64,000 nucleotides of DNA, from the NCBI GenBank assembly GCA_913060695.1, contig CAJXUA010000004.1, positions 84,612 to 148,611 of the forward strand. The letters are read 5' to 3'. Of the stretch, positions 8,223 to 17,541 are shown one piece after another (the first letter of the stretch is position 1; each line of letters starts with the position of its first letter). The translations under genes and the position numbers were made by a program. Origin of the DNA: an uncultured Gammaproteobacteria bacterium (lineage in GTDB: Bacteria > Pseudomonadota > Gammaproteobacteria > Pseudomonadales > Pseudohongiellaceae). The notes under the pieces are model-generated. The model had not been told where the DNA came from and did not search any database. It saw only the letters and a program-made list of their open reading frames with translations.

Positions 8223-9710
8223 GTGCGCGTTCAATCTGAACTGCTACGGTTTAAGACCCGCTTAGAACTAAATCTCAACACCATGTCGGCGTTCGCTAAA
8301 TGCTTATCTGTGGCAGCTTTGCTGTTGCCTGCAGCTGCAGCAAGTGCGCAATCAGCCGATGGCGTGACATTCCATAAAGATATCGAGCCTATTCTGCAGC
8401 GCAGCTGTCAGAATTGTCACCGTCCTGCCGGCGTTGCCCCTATGTCTTTGGTTACTTATGACGAAGTAGTGCCATTTGCCGGCCTGATCGAATATAAGAC
8501 TGGCTTGCGCGATCGTGCCGGGGCGATGCCTCCGTACTATCTCGAGCACGACATCGGCATCCAAGATTACAAGGATGACCCCTCGTTGACCGACGAAGAG
8601 TTGGCCGCAATCTCTACTTGGGCACGCAACGGCACGCCTAAGGGCGATGTGGCTGATGCGCCTGCGCCACGCACGTTCGCTGACGGTGCCACTTGGACCG
8701 CTGGTGAGCCAGACCTAATCGTACGCTCTGAAGACATCACTGTTACTGCGACTGCAGCTGACTGGTGGGGCGATATTCCACGTATTCCAATTCCAATCAC
8801 AGAAGACCGTTACGTGTCTTCCGTTGAAATCATCGAAGTGAACGATGTGGACACAAGCGGCGCCGCTGGCACCGTTGGTGGTCGTAACATTTTCCACCAC
8901 ATGATTTGGAGCACACAGATTCTCGACGAGAATATGCTGCAAGTAGAAGGCACACAGGCTGTTAGCTGGCCAGTGCACGAGATCGCACGTAACCCCGACA
9001 TTTTCGACCCAGATAGCGGTCGTTTGCTGAAGGTTGGTTCATATGTGGTTTCTGACTCTGTGCATTTGCACTCCACTGGTAAGGATACTACGGGCCATCT
9101 AATGATCGGCTTCCGTTTCCACCCCGTTGGCTACGAGCCTAAGTACCGTCCTGCATTTATCGGCCTAGGTAACGGCGTCGATATCAGCATCACTGGTAAC
9201 GAAGATAACCAAGAACTGCATGCATACGCAGTATTGGAGCAGCACACTAAGATCGTGACTTTCGAGCCACACTTGCATGCTCCTGGTGAGCGTATGTGTC
9301 TAGAAGCAATCTGGGGCTACACGGTAGAAACACTATCTTGCGTGGGCTATGACCACAACTGGGTACGTGGCTACACCTATGCTGATGATGCGGCTCCATT
9401 GCTTCCAAAAGGTACTGTTCTTCACATCGTTGGTTACATGAACAACACGCGTACTAACCCGAATGTGCCTGATTCACGTAACTGGCAGGGTTCTGGTAAC
9501 CGTTCTGTAACGAATATGTTCATCGATCTCGGCATGCGAGTAACGCTATCCGAAGAGCAGTTCTTCGATGAAATGGAAAACCGTCGTGAGAAGCTGAACC
9601 TCGGGCCAAATGACCACCAGATCGGCTGTCCGCTTTGTCTAGCTCCGCTTGTTGCGCCAGTATTAGAAGAAGCAGCCAGTGCAGATGTAGCTTCAAATCA
9701 AGGGGATTGA
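8223..9710 (+). CDS. Secreted c-type cytochrome domain protein with a possible PHM/DBH-like copper-monooxygenase histidine pattern
   Basis: AGGAGG lies 6 nt before the GTG start, and the alternative ATG is at 8283. It has a signal peptide, the haem motif CQNCH with downstream MPPY, then FHHM (225-227), HLH (281-283), HLH (350-352) and Met 406/432. Confidence 0.6.
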   Translation: MRVQSELLRFKTRLELNLNTMSAFAKCLSVAALLLPAAAASAQSADGVTFHKDIEPILQRSCQNCHRPAGVAPMSLVTYDEVVPFAGLIEYKTGLRDRAGAMPPYYLEHDIGIQDYKDDPSLTDEELAAISTWARNGTPKGDVADAPAPRTFADGATWTAGEPDLIVRSEDITVTATAADWWGDIPRIPIPITEDRYVSSVEIIEVNDVDTSGAAGTVGGRNIFHHMIWSTQILDENMLQVEGTQAVSWPVHEIARNPDIFDPDSGRLLKVGSYVVSDSVHLHSTGKDTTGHLMIGFRFHPVGYEPKYRPAFIGLGNGVDISITGNEDNQELHAYAVLEQHTKIVTFEPHLHAPGERMCLEAIWGYTVETLSCVGYDHNWVRGYTYADDAAPLLPKGTVLHIVGYMNNTRTNPNVPDSRNWQGSGNRSVTNMFIDLGMRVTLSEEQFFDEMENRREKLNLGPNDHQIGCPLCLAPLVAPVLEEAASADVASNQGD

Positions 9711-9714
9711 TCAG

Positions 9715-10668
9715 ATGGGTTTGTTTAGTTTGACTGGGCGACGTCATGCAGTAGTCGCCACGCTTTTTGCCGTAATGAGTGTCTTTGCAGGTGCCGTTAA
9801 TGCCGATACTTACCTCAAGGGGCAGCATATCGAGCCTGCCTATGAGGGCTGGCGGCTTCTCGATGATGGTAGCTATGTAATGATTTTCGGCTATCACAAT
9901 GAGAACTGGGAAGAGGAATTGGATATCCCTACCGGGGAGAACAATTTCTTCAGCCCAGGCCTTGAAGATCGTGGTCAGCCTACGCACTTCCTACCGCGTC
10001 GCAATCGCTTCACTTTCGAAGTGCCTGTGCCCGCAGATTGGGGTGATAAAGAGCTGGCATGGACCATTACGGCGAACGGCGTGACTAAAGTCGCTTATGG
10101 AACGCTGGCGCGTGATTACGTGGTCGATAACGTCGTAATCGCGTCCGAAACAGGTTCTTTGGGTGCTGGTACCAGTAGTCCCGAGTCCCGTGCCAACGTC
10201 CCGCCTGTAGTTGAAGTGCAGGGCGACCGCGTAGGAAGCGAGATTGTTCGAACTGTTCGCGTTGGTGAGCCATTGACCTTGACTGCTAAGGTCGAGGACG
10301 ATGGTTTGCCAAACGTACGTAACTTGAGCCCGTTCTTGGCCTCTGGCGCATCTGCTAGGGCAAGAATGTTACGTCCTCCTGTCCGTATTACCGTGGGTAA
10401 GACCAACGGTCTATTCCTCTCTTGGAATGTCTACCGTGGCGCTGGCAAGGTGACGTTCGATCCTCCCCAGGTGAAGCCTTGGGAAGATACACGTACTTCT
10501 GCAAACTCTCCTTGGGGACCTTTGTGGGTACCTCCTCCTGTTCCTGAGGATGGCATGTACGACGTTAAAGTCACCTTCGACGAGCCCGGCACCTATGTGC
10601 TGTGGGCCCGCGCGGATGATGGCGGCCTGTTCCACGACGAGTATGTCACGGTCAACGTGTTGCCATAA
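9715..10668 (+). CDS. Secreted hypothetical protein with a C-terminal Ig-like (DDGLP-type) domain, co-transcribed with 8223..9710
   Basis: There is a 4-nt gap after the upstream stop codon. It has a signal peptide (VATLFAVMSVFAGAVNA). The motif VEDDGLP...VTFDPP is typical of bacterial Ig-like beta-sandwich domains. Confidence 0.65.
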   Translation: MGLFSLTGRRHAVVATLFAVMSVFAGAVNADTYLKGQHIEPAYEGWRLLDDGSYVMIFGYHNENWEEELDIPTGENNFFSPGLEDRGQPTHFLPRRNRFTFEVPVPADWGDKELAWTITANGVTKVAYGTLARDYVVDNVVIASETGSLGAGTSSPESRANVPPVVEVQGDRVGSEIVRTVRVGEPLTLTAKVEDDGLPNVRNLSPFLASGASARARMLRPPVRITVGKTNGLFLSWNVYRGAGKVTFDPPQVKPWEDTRTSANSPWGPLWVPPPVPEDGMYDVKVTFDEPGTYVLWARADDGGLFHDEYVTVNVLP

Positions 10669-10690
10669 TCGGCTAACTCGATCGACGAAG

Positions 10691-10725
10691 AGCCCTGCAG
10701 ACCTTGTGTCTACAGGGCTTTTTTT
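10691..10725 (+). terminator. Rho-independent terminator of the 8223-10668 operon
   Basis: AGCCCTGCAG...CTACAGGGCT forms a hairpin with one mismatch, followed by T7. Confidence 0.7.
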
Positions 10726-12652
10726 ATGGGCGTAAGAATGGGAAGAGTGACTGCACGTCGCGCCACGGCACCACTTTAAAGTTCTGAGCTTGCTCCGGTA
10801 GCACATTGCGGCCGTCTTGGACGATCAGAAGTCCAGCGCTATAGGCGCCACCTAAGTTTGCGCTACTCACCTCGAGGCCATCGGTTTCGGAGGCCCCGTC
10901 TATCATCAATCCCGGATCTAGGTTCATGCCAATGCGGAATGTAGCAAGTACTGGGTATGGGGCGATGCTGTCCAAAACGATATAGCTATTATTGCCTTGG
11001 CTAGAGGCGATTAAGAAAGTGCCATTCTCGCCTTCGTACAGCGCTAAGCCCTCAATATCGTCGTGGAATGCGCCCCCAATTTTAGCCACTGCTTGCAAGT
11101 TAGTTGGGGCATCTGGGGCGGCACTGAGAGTCCAGATTCCGACGTCTTCTTCGCCCAAGAAAAGTTGTCCGGTTCTATCGTTGGCAACGCAGCCCTCTGG
11201 CTGGGTTGCCACGCTAAAGCGTCGCACAACGCCTCCTGTCCACTTGTTATTAGTAGTGTCTAACGCAAGTTGTAGAAAACTGCCGTCCTCATCATTCGCG
11301 AAAGCATAGAGTTTCTGTGTGGCATCCTGATATAGGCACATGCCATAGATGTTCTGTAATGGGGTGGGGATGTCGGCAACTAGAGTGAGCTGGCGGGTCT
11401 CCCTGTCGATCGCGAACATCGACAGAGTATTAAGGTCGCGATTGCTGGCAACTGCGACATCTACTATGCGCCCTTGCCATGAAACGCCATAGCGAATATC
11501 CACATTGTTTAGACGACCGGTGTCGAGGCGCTGTAGCTCATTTCCCTCTAGATCGTAGACGAATAGCCCTTGGCGCTTATTCGTGCCGACGATGAGGCTC
11601 TGCTGCGGAGTAGTGGGATGTATCCACAGCGCTGGGTCGTCTGCCGCGTCGCCGCGTTGTGGCATCGGATTGGTCTCTACAACAGGCATCACTTCCGGCA
11701 ATGACTCTGGGGCAGCAATGCTTTCAGGCGCTGGAACCTTCAATACAGTGAAACGCCTATTCTCCTCATCAAAGAGCGAGAGTGTCTGTGCCTCCCCGGT
11801 ATCACTCAGCGTAAGGCTTTCCGCGGACTGCATGCCGGCAGCGGACAAGCTATGGTGATGTTGCGTTAAGTACTGGAACTGCCCATCTTGCCTAGCATAT
11901 TGATGCACAGTGGGACCGTCGCCACTGAGGGCATACAGGTGGCCGTGAGCCGTGGCAAGACCTAGAGGGCCATCGCCCAAGTTTCCGAATGGTGCTGCGG
12001 CATCGATCAGCGTGCGCTCGACTTCTGCCTCTGGATCGGTGGGGTAGGCCCATAGAGTCTGTGAGGACTCGCTCACAAAAAGGGTGGCGCTATAGTCGTC
12101 TACGGCGCAGTACTCGGAGTCTGGGCCAGTAGGGAGTGTGCGTACGGGCAGCATTTGCCACTGTTCGCCGGGTACAGGCCGGAGTAGATACTGATGAGCT
12201 TCGAAGAGTTCGCTCAGTAGGAATAAGTGCAGGCGTTGAGCGCCATCCAGGTGCAGGCAAAGCCCCTCTACCGGGAAGCCGATGGGGGAGCTGACTAGGT
12301 CTTGTTGAAACTGCTGTTCCGAATCCAGTGAATAGAGCAGTACACGACTTTGGTTGCTGTCGAAACTGGCGAATATTCGCTGTGTTCCTGAGGCAGTCGG
12401 TATCGAGCGGGAATCTAGAAACTCTGCGTTTTGTGCCCATGAAGAGGTGGAATTGCCAGCACTATTGACGACCTGAATGCCGGTGTTTTCCCCGACTGAG
12501 AGCCACTGCGAGGAGGTGGCATCTAGCTCTAGAGCAAATTCCCCAGGGAGCATTAAGGAACTTGTTTGTGCAAGCAAGGATTGGCTAGCACTAAGCGCAA
12601 GGGCGAGGACTGAGGCGTTGGCGCAGGGGCGCCGTGTTGAAAAGAATGGCAT
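10724..12652 (-). CDS. Two-domain beta-propeller phytase (3-phytase, BPP family)
   Basis: The BPP signature DAADDPALWIHP is in the C-terminal half. A second, degenerate propeller-like N-terminal half gives a size of about 640 aa. A signal peptide is present. The start could be ATG 12652 or GTG 12676. Confidence 0.8.
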   Translation of the reverse strand: MPFFSTRRPCANASVLALALSASQSLLAQTSSLMLPGEFALELDATSSQWLSVGENTGIQVVNSAGNSTSSWAQNAEFLDSRSIPTASGTQRIFASFDSNQSRVLLYSLDSEQQFQQDLVSSPIGFPVEGLCLHLDGAQRLHLFLLSELFEAHQYLLRPVPGEQWQMLPVRTLPTGPDSEYCAVDDYSATLFVSESSQTLWAYPTDPEAEVERTLIDAAAPFGNLGDGPLGLATAHGHLYALSGDGPTVHQYARQDGQFQYLTQHHHSLSAAGMQSAESLTLSDTGEAQTLSLFDEENRRFTVLKVPAPESIAAPESLPEVMPVVETNPMPQRGDAADDPALWIHPTTPQQSLIVGTNKRQGLFVYDLEGNELQRLDTGRLNNVDIRYGVSWQGRIVDVAVASNRDLNTLSMFAIDRETRQLTLVADIPTPLQNIYGMCLYQDATQKLYAFANDEDGSFLQLALDTTNNKWTGGVVRRFSVATQPEGCVANDRTGQLFLGEEDVGIWTLSAAPDAPTNLQAVAKIGGAFHDDIEGLALYEGENGTFLIASSQGNNSYIVLDSIAPYPVLATFRIGMNLDPGLMIDGASETDGLEVSSANLGGAYSAGLLIVQDGRNVLPEQAQNFKVVPWRDVQSLFPFLRP

Positions 12653-12778
12653 ATGGCACTGAACTCCTTGAATCACTGTAAGTTTCTTTAAGTCCTAGAA
12701 CTTTAAAGTCTCAAAGTGTAGTGAGTTTGTGTGACATCGAAATGACATGATCAAGACAGGGCTGAAAACCACTAGACA

Positions 12779-12815
12779 CAAAAAAAGGCAGTGCTATCCG
12801 TAGATGGCGCTGCCT
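12779..12815 (-). terminator. Rho-independent terminator of cspA-like gene
   Basis: On the minus strand GGCAGCGCC...GGCACTGCC forms a hairpin followed by T7. Confidence 0.7.
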
Positions 12816-12862
12816 TTCTTTCAAGCTATACAACATCACTCAACGTGGAGCGATAGTCATAA

Positions 12863-13072
12863 TTAGCAAGCTACAACGTTCTCAGCCTGTGGGCCTTTTT
12901 GACCTTGAGTCACTGTGAACTGTACTTGCTGGCCTTCAGCCAAAGTTTTGAAGCCGCTGTCCTGAATCGCACTGTAATGTACGAATACGTCTGGGCCGTT
13001 GCTCTGAGAAATAAAGCCAAAACCTTTAGACTCGTTGAAAAATTTAACTTGGCCAGTAACTGTGTCAGACAT
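12863..13072 (-). CDS. cspA: Cold-shock protein, CspA family
   Basis: The 69-aa protein has RNP1 KGFGFI and RNP2 VFVHYS. The start was moved to [13 protein letters not shown]. Confidence 0.95.
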   Translation of the reverse strand: MSDTVTGQVKFFNESKGFGFISQSNGPDVFVHYSAIQDSGFKTLAEGQQVQFTVTQGQKGPQAENVVAC

Positions 13073-13380
13073 GTTGTCATCCTGTATATCAAATAAATAA
13101 AAAAGTGTGTTGACCCCAGATACGCGCACACGCAAAAGCGCAGCTCGATCTTGGAATCGGTAGCATTAGAATTCGAATATAAAATATGAGATACAGAACG
13201 AGTACTTAACGGCGGGACTTCGAAGTGCAATACATAAATATAGCCGCTATTCAGGCTGTCGAGCAGTATACGGGCTAATCAGAGCAAGTCAACTTTTATT
13301 TTTCCACTAAGGTGTTGATAACAAAGGGCTCAATACGGCGGCAAGGAGTAATACCATAGTGATAGAGCGGCTATCACTTC

Positions 13381-14676
13381 TCAAGAAGGGCGCATTTTCC
13401 GGTATAGGGTACGCAGGGATATCCCTAACTCATCCGCCACTGCCTGTTTGTCACCTTGATGTTTACTCAGCAATTGCAAGAGGTGAGCATGTTCGATCGA
13501 GCGTAGGTCCTGGGTAGGGGCTTGTTTGCCGATATCGCTCGCCATGCTCGTACTGATCAGTTCGGTGTCAATCTCGTGAGTGCTAGCGAGAAGAACGGCG
13601 CGTTCCAGAATATTGCGAAGCTCACGGACATTGCCATCGAAGGGGTATTGCATGAGCAACTTCTCGGCCGACACACTCAGTGTGTAGGGCTGTCGTTCAT
13701 TGAGCTTGCTCATGATAGAGCGGGCCAATAGGGGAATGTCATCGGCTCGTTCGCGCAAGGCTGGTAGATGGATAGGAAAGACATTAATGCGATAGTACAA
13801 GTCCTCACGAAAATCGCCTTTCTGTACCATTTCCCACAAATTTTTATGGGTGGCACAGATGAGCCGAAAGTCCGTGCTTTTAGGCTCTATGTTGCCTACG
13901 GCACGATAGGTGCCGGTTTCAATTAAGCGTAATAATTTCACCTGCTGCGCTAGCGCTATGTCACCGATTTCATCGAGAAATAGCGTGCCGCCGTTGGCCG
14001 CATCCACAAGTCCTTGTTTGCTATAACTAGCGCCAGTGAAGGCGCCTTTACTGTGGCCGAACAGTTCGCTCTCGAAAAGAGACTCGGTTAGCCCTGCGCA
14101 CTCAACTGTCACAAAGGGTTTGTCCTTGCGCACGCTCGATTGATGGATAGCTTTCGCCGCAAGCTCTTTACCTGTTCCAGACTCGCCCAGTAATAACACT
14201 GAAGCGTCACTTGGTGCGACGCGATTGATAAGCTCTAGAAGATGATTGAACGCGGGGCTAGTGCCCACCATTAACTCTTTGCTGGCCTGCGCACTCGCGT
14301 GGGTGACGGGCTTTAAAAGTTCTACGAAATATTTGAGCTTTCCATCGGCGTCGAAGATGGGAAGCATCTCAACATCGACGTGTTCGCGCCCGCGTGGGGT
14401 GTTATGTATGTGCAACACTTTTTCGCGGTGGCCGGATTTCTTACATGCAGCCAGTGGGCAAGACTCACCTGCCTGATCGCAGGGACGGTCGTACTGATGG
14501 GATACCTTATAGCAATATGCGGAGTCACCAGGAGTGATGCTACCGAAAGTCTTCGTATACAGGTCATTGGCAGCCAAAATTTCATAGCGATTGCTCACTA
14601 AGATGGCGGGGTAGTCGAAGCCGTCTAGCATTCCTGCCGAGTCTAGGAGGAAGTGATCTGAGGCGATAATTTGCAT
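13381..14676 (-). CDS. fisR: Sigma-54-dependent transcriptional activator, FisR-like (sulfide/polysulfide-responsive candidate)
   Basis: The AAA+ domain has GESGTGKE and ESELFGHSKGAFTGA, and a C-terminal Fis-type HTH is present. The N-terminal domain has Cys55, Cys66, Cys73 and Cys78. It is divergent from a pdo-sqr operon. Confidence 0.8.
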   Translation of the reverse strand: MQIIASDHFLLDSAGMLDGFDYPAILVSNRYEILAANDLYTKTFGSITPGDSAYCYKVSHQYDRPCDQAGESCPLAACKKSGHREKVLHIHNTPRGREHVDVEMLPIFDADGKLKYFVELLKPVTHASAQASKELMVGTSPAFNHLLELINRVAPSDASVLLLGESGTGKELAAKAIHQSSVRKDKPFVTVECAGLTESLFESELFGHSKGAFTGASYSKQGLVDAANGGTLFLDEIGDIALAQQVKLLRLIETGTYRAVGNIEPKSTDFRLICATHKNLWEMVQKGDFREDLYYRINVFPIHLPALRERADDIPLLARSIMSKLNERQPYTLSVSAEKLLMQYPFDGNVRELRNILERAVLLASTHEIDTELISTSMASDIGKQAPTQDLRSIEHAHLLQLLSKHQGDKQAVADELGISLRTLYRKMRPS

Positions 14677-14820
14677 ATTGACACCCGTGACAAGAATTTT
14701 GCCAATTATGGCTGGGAGTTCATGTAAACACCAGCGGGCTTGGTTCGCGCTACTAATTATTCATTTAAATATCTAATAGTTTCAATTGGATAAGCTTATA
14801 TCCATGATCTGTGCAAGCTT

Positions 14821-14836
14821 TGGTCTGCGTTTTGCT
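14821..14836 (+). promoter_or_regulatory. Sigma-54 (-24/-12) promoter upstream of the pdo-sqr-sulP operon
   Basis: TGGTCTGCGTTTTGCT has the GG and GC dinucleotides at the canonical spacing of TGGCAC-N5-TTGCW. It lies 47 nt upstream of the ATG at 14884. Confidence 0.6.
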
Positions 14837-14883
14837 ACTTGAGTGATAATGAGATTAACTAAACGCATAAGGAGAGAACTTTT

Positions 14884-15780
14884 ATGTCAACAACGAAACG
14901 CCCAATCGAGACAGACCTAACGCTGCGACCAGAGGTGCATCACTTCTTCGATGAACCCACGAACACATTTACTTACGTCGTTAAGGATCCGAGCAGCGAT
15001 GCCTGCGCGGTGGTCGATTCTGTGATGGATATCGATTATGCGGCGGGCCGCACCAATCTTGATGGCGCCAAGCAGATTGTAGAGTTCATTAAGGGTAAAG
15101 GCTGGCATTTGGAGTGGATCATCGAGACGCATGTGCACGCGGATCATCTATCTGCGGCGCTCTATATCCAATCTCAGTTGGGAGGCAGACTGGGGATTGG
15201 AGAGCGCATAGATGTAGTGCAAGAAACCTTCGGCAGCGTCTTTAATGCGGGCACCGAGTTCAAGCGCGATGGTTCCCAGTTTGACAAACTTTTCAAAGAT
15301 GGTGAGCGTTATCAGATAGGCAATATGACGGCGCAAGCGCTTCATACACCAGGCCATACACCTGCGTGTATGACTCATGTGATAGGTGACGCGGCCTTCG
15401 TGGGCGATACTATCTTCATGCCTGAGGGCGGCTCTGCTCGCGCAGACTTCCCTGGCGGCGATGCACGCACGCTGTACAAATCGATTCAAAGAGTATTGTC
15501 CCTGCCCGATGCAACCCGCTTGTTTATGTGCCACGATTATCCCGAAGGCCGTGAACTTGCGTGGGAGAGCTCAGTTGCTAAGGAGCGCAGTAAAAACATT
15601 CACGTGCACGATGGTATTAGCGAGGCCGAGTTTGTGGCGATGCGAGAGGCCAGAGACAAGACTCTTGACATGCCACGCCTCATATTGCCCTCCTTGCAGG
15701 TCAATATGCGGGCTGGGCATACCCCGCCACCCGAAGCCGATGGCAAGATCTTTCTTAGGGTGCCACTGAACCTGTTGTAA
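14884..15780 (+). CDS. pdo: MBL-fold hydrolase, persulfide dioxygenase-like
   Basis: It has the metallo-beta-lactamase motif THVHADH, is about 298 aa, and sits first in the operon with SQR. Confidence 0.75.
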   Translation: MSTTKRPIETDLTLRPEVHHFFDEPTNTFTYVVKDPSSDACAVVDSVMDIDYAAGRTNLDGAKQIVEFIKGKGWHLEWIIETHVHADHLSAALYIQSQLGGRLGIGERIDVVQETFGSVFNAGTEFKRDGSQFDKLFKDGERYQIGNMTAQALHTPGHTPACMTHVIGDAAFVGDTIFMPEGGSARADFPGGDARTLYKSIQRVLSLPDATRLFMCHDYPEGRELAWESSVAKERSKNIHVHDGISEAEFVAMREARDKTLDMPRLILPSLQVNMRAGHTPPPEADGKIFLRVPLNLL

Positions 15781-15836
15781 TATCCTCTCATGGGCAACGC
15801 AGGCGCGACACAAAACAAAAGCGAAAGGAATACAGG

Positions 15837-17504
15837 ATGAATATTAAAGCGATTACAGAGGGTTTTTCCGTAGCAGAGCAGCTTAGTGTTGCCGATGTCG
15901 AAGCGCTCGCAGCGCAGGGCGTTAGGAGCCTCATCTGTAATCGGCCCGACGGGGAGGGTGAGGACCAGCCTAGCTATGCGCACATCGAAGCTGCTGCGCA
16001 GGAGCAAGGCATGCTAGTGCGCCACATACCCGTTGTATCGGGACAGATCTCCGACCAGGATGTTAAACAATTCACTGAGGCCATGGCTGGCTTGCCGCGG
16101 CCCATTGTCGCCTACTGTAGAACGGGTACTCGGTCGATCAATCTTTGGGCCTTAGGGCAGGGTAGTAAAGGTCGCAGTACCGCCGAGATCATGGCGATCG
16201 GCAAACAAGCAGGCTACGACCTAAGCGATGCCGTAGCACGGCTAGCCGCCGCGAAACCTGGTGCTGGGCAGTCGCGCCATTTCGAAGTGGTAATTGTGGG
16301 CGCTGGAGCGGGAGGTATTAGTACTGCTGCAAGTTTGCTCAAGCGCAAACCAGGCCTGCAGATTGCATTGATCGACAGCGCACAGAAGCATTATTACCAA
16401 CCAGGCTGGACGATGGTCGGGGGCGGTATTTTCAAGGCTCGTGACACAGAGCGCGAGATGGCAAGCCTCATACCGAAGGGCGTGCAATGGCTTCAGAATG
16501 CCGTGGAGAGTTTCGCACCTCAGAACAATAATGTGACCCTGGACGACGGCAGTACAGTGTCCTATGACCGCCTCGTCGTGGCCTGCGGGATTAAACTGAA
16601 TTGGAAGGGCGTGGAGGGTTTAGAGGAAACTCTGGGAGAGAACGGTGTTACTTCGAACTACCGTTTCGACCTTGCGCCCTATACATGGAAACTTGTGCGT
16701 GGCTTGCGTTCGGGCAAGGCCGTTTTCACGCAGCCGCCTATGCCCATCAAATGTGCTGGCGCTCCTCAGAAGGCACTCTATCTCTCCGGAGATCATTGGT
16801 ACCGTAACGACAGGCTAAAGCACATCGATATCGAATTTTATAATGCCGGTGCGGTGCTATTTGGCGTGAAGGAATATGTACCGGCCCTGATGAAGTACAT
16901 CGAAAAATATGCTGCAACTCTGAAGTTTAATCACCGATTAACTAAGGTCGATGGCGAGAAGAAGACCGCGTGGTTCGAGAGGAGTGATGCTGAGGGCAAC
17001 AAAGACATCGTCAGTACCGAGTTCGATATGCTGCATGTGTGCCCGCCGCAACAAGCGCCGGATATTATTCGCAATAGTGAGCTCGCAGACAGTGCAGGCT
17101 GGGTTGATGTCGATCAGTCCACACTGCGCCATAAACGCTTTGCCAATATTTGGTCACTGGGCGATGTGATGAATGCGCCCAATGCCAAAACCGCCGCGGC
17201 GGCCCGCAAACAAGCGCCAATTGTCGCCTATAACATGCTGTCTGACATGGGGCTTACTAAGGGGCTTGCGCACTACGATGGCTATGGCTCATGCCCCTTA
17301 ACGGTAGAGCGGGGCAAGATCGTTCTTGCGGAGTTTGGCTACGGTGGCAAGCTGCTGCCTAGCTTCCCTTCATGGCTTCTAGAGGGCACGCAGCCCACGC
17401 GCTTAGCGTGGGTATTAAAGAAGGACCTATTACCCCCTGTGTATTGGAATGGAATGTTGAAGGGGCGCGAATGGCTCGTCAAACCCCAAGCAAGCGAGGA
17501 GTGA
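15837..17504 (+). CDS. sqr: Fusion of a DUF442/TIGR01244 (CX5R PTP-like sulfur-carrier) domain with a type II sulfide:quinone oxidoreductase
   Basis: The N-terminal ~110 aa contain NRPDGE...AYCRTGTRS (a CX5R loop). This is followed by the FAD Rossmann motif VVIVGAGAGG and the SQR redox cysteines in PIKCAGAPQK and GYGSCPL. Confidence 0.85.
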   Translation: MNIKAITEGFSVAEQLSVADVEALAAQGVRSLICNRPDGEGEDQPSYAHIEAAAQEQGMLVRHIPVVSGQISDQDVKQFTEAMAGLPRPIVAYCRTGTRSINLWALGQGSKGRSTAEIMAIGKQAGYDLSDAVARLAAAKPGAGQSRHFEVVIVGAGAGGISTAASLLKRKPGLQIALIDSAQKHYYQPGWTMVGGGIFKARDTEREMASLIPKGVQWLQNAVESFAPQNNNVTLDDGSTVSYDRLVVACGIKLNWKGVEGLEETLGENGVTSNYRFDLAPYTWKLVRGLRSGKAVFTQPPMPIKCAGAPQKALYLSGDHWYRNDRLKHIDIEFYNAGAVLFGVKEYVPALMKYIEKYAATLKFNHRLTKVDGEKKTAWFERSDAEGNKDIVSTEFDMLHVCPPQQAPDIIRNSELADSAGWVDVDQSTLRHKRFANIWSLGDVMNAPNAKTAAAARKQAPIVAYNMLSDMGLTKGLAHYDGYGSCPLTVERGKIVLAEFGYGGKLLPSFPSWLLEGTQPTRLAWVLKKDLLPPVYWNGMLKGREWLVKPQASEE

Positions 17505-17541
17505 GTTTGCAGTATTTGCAAGAGCAGGGCTGGGGACTGCA

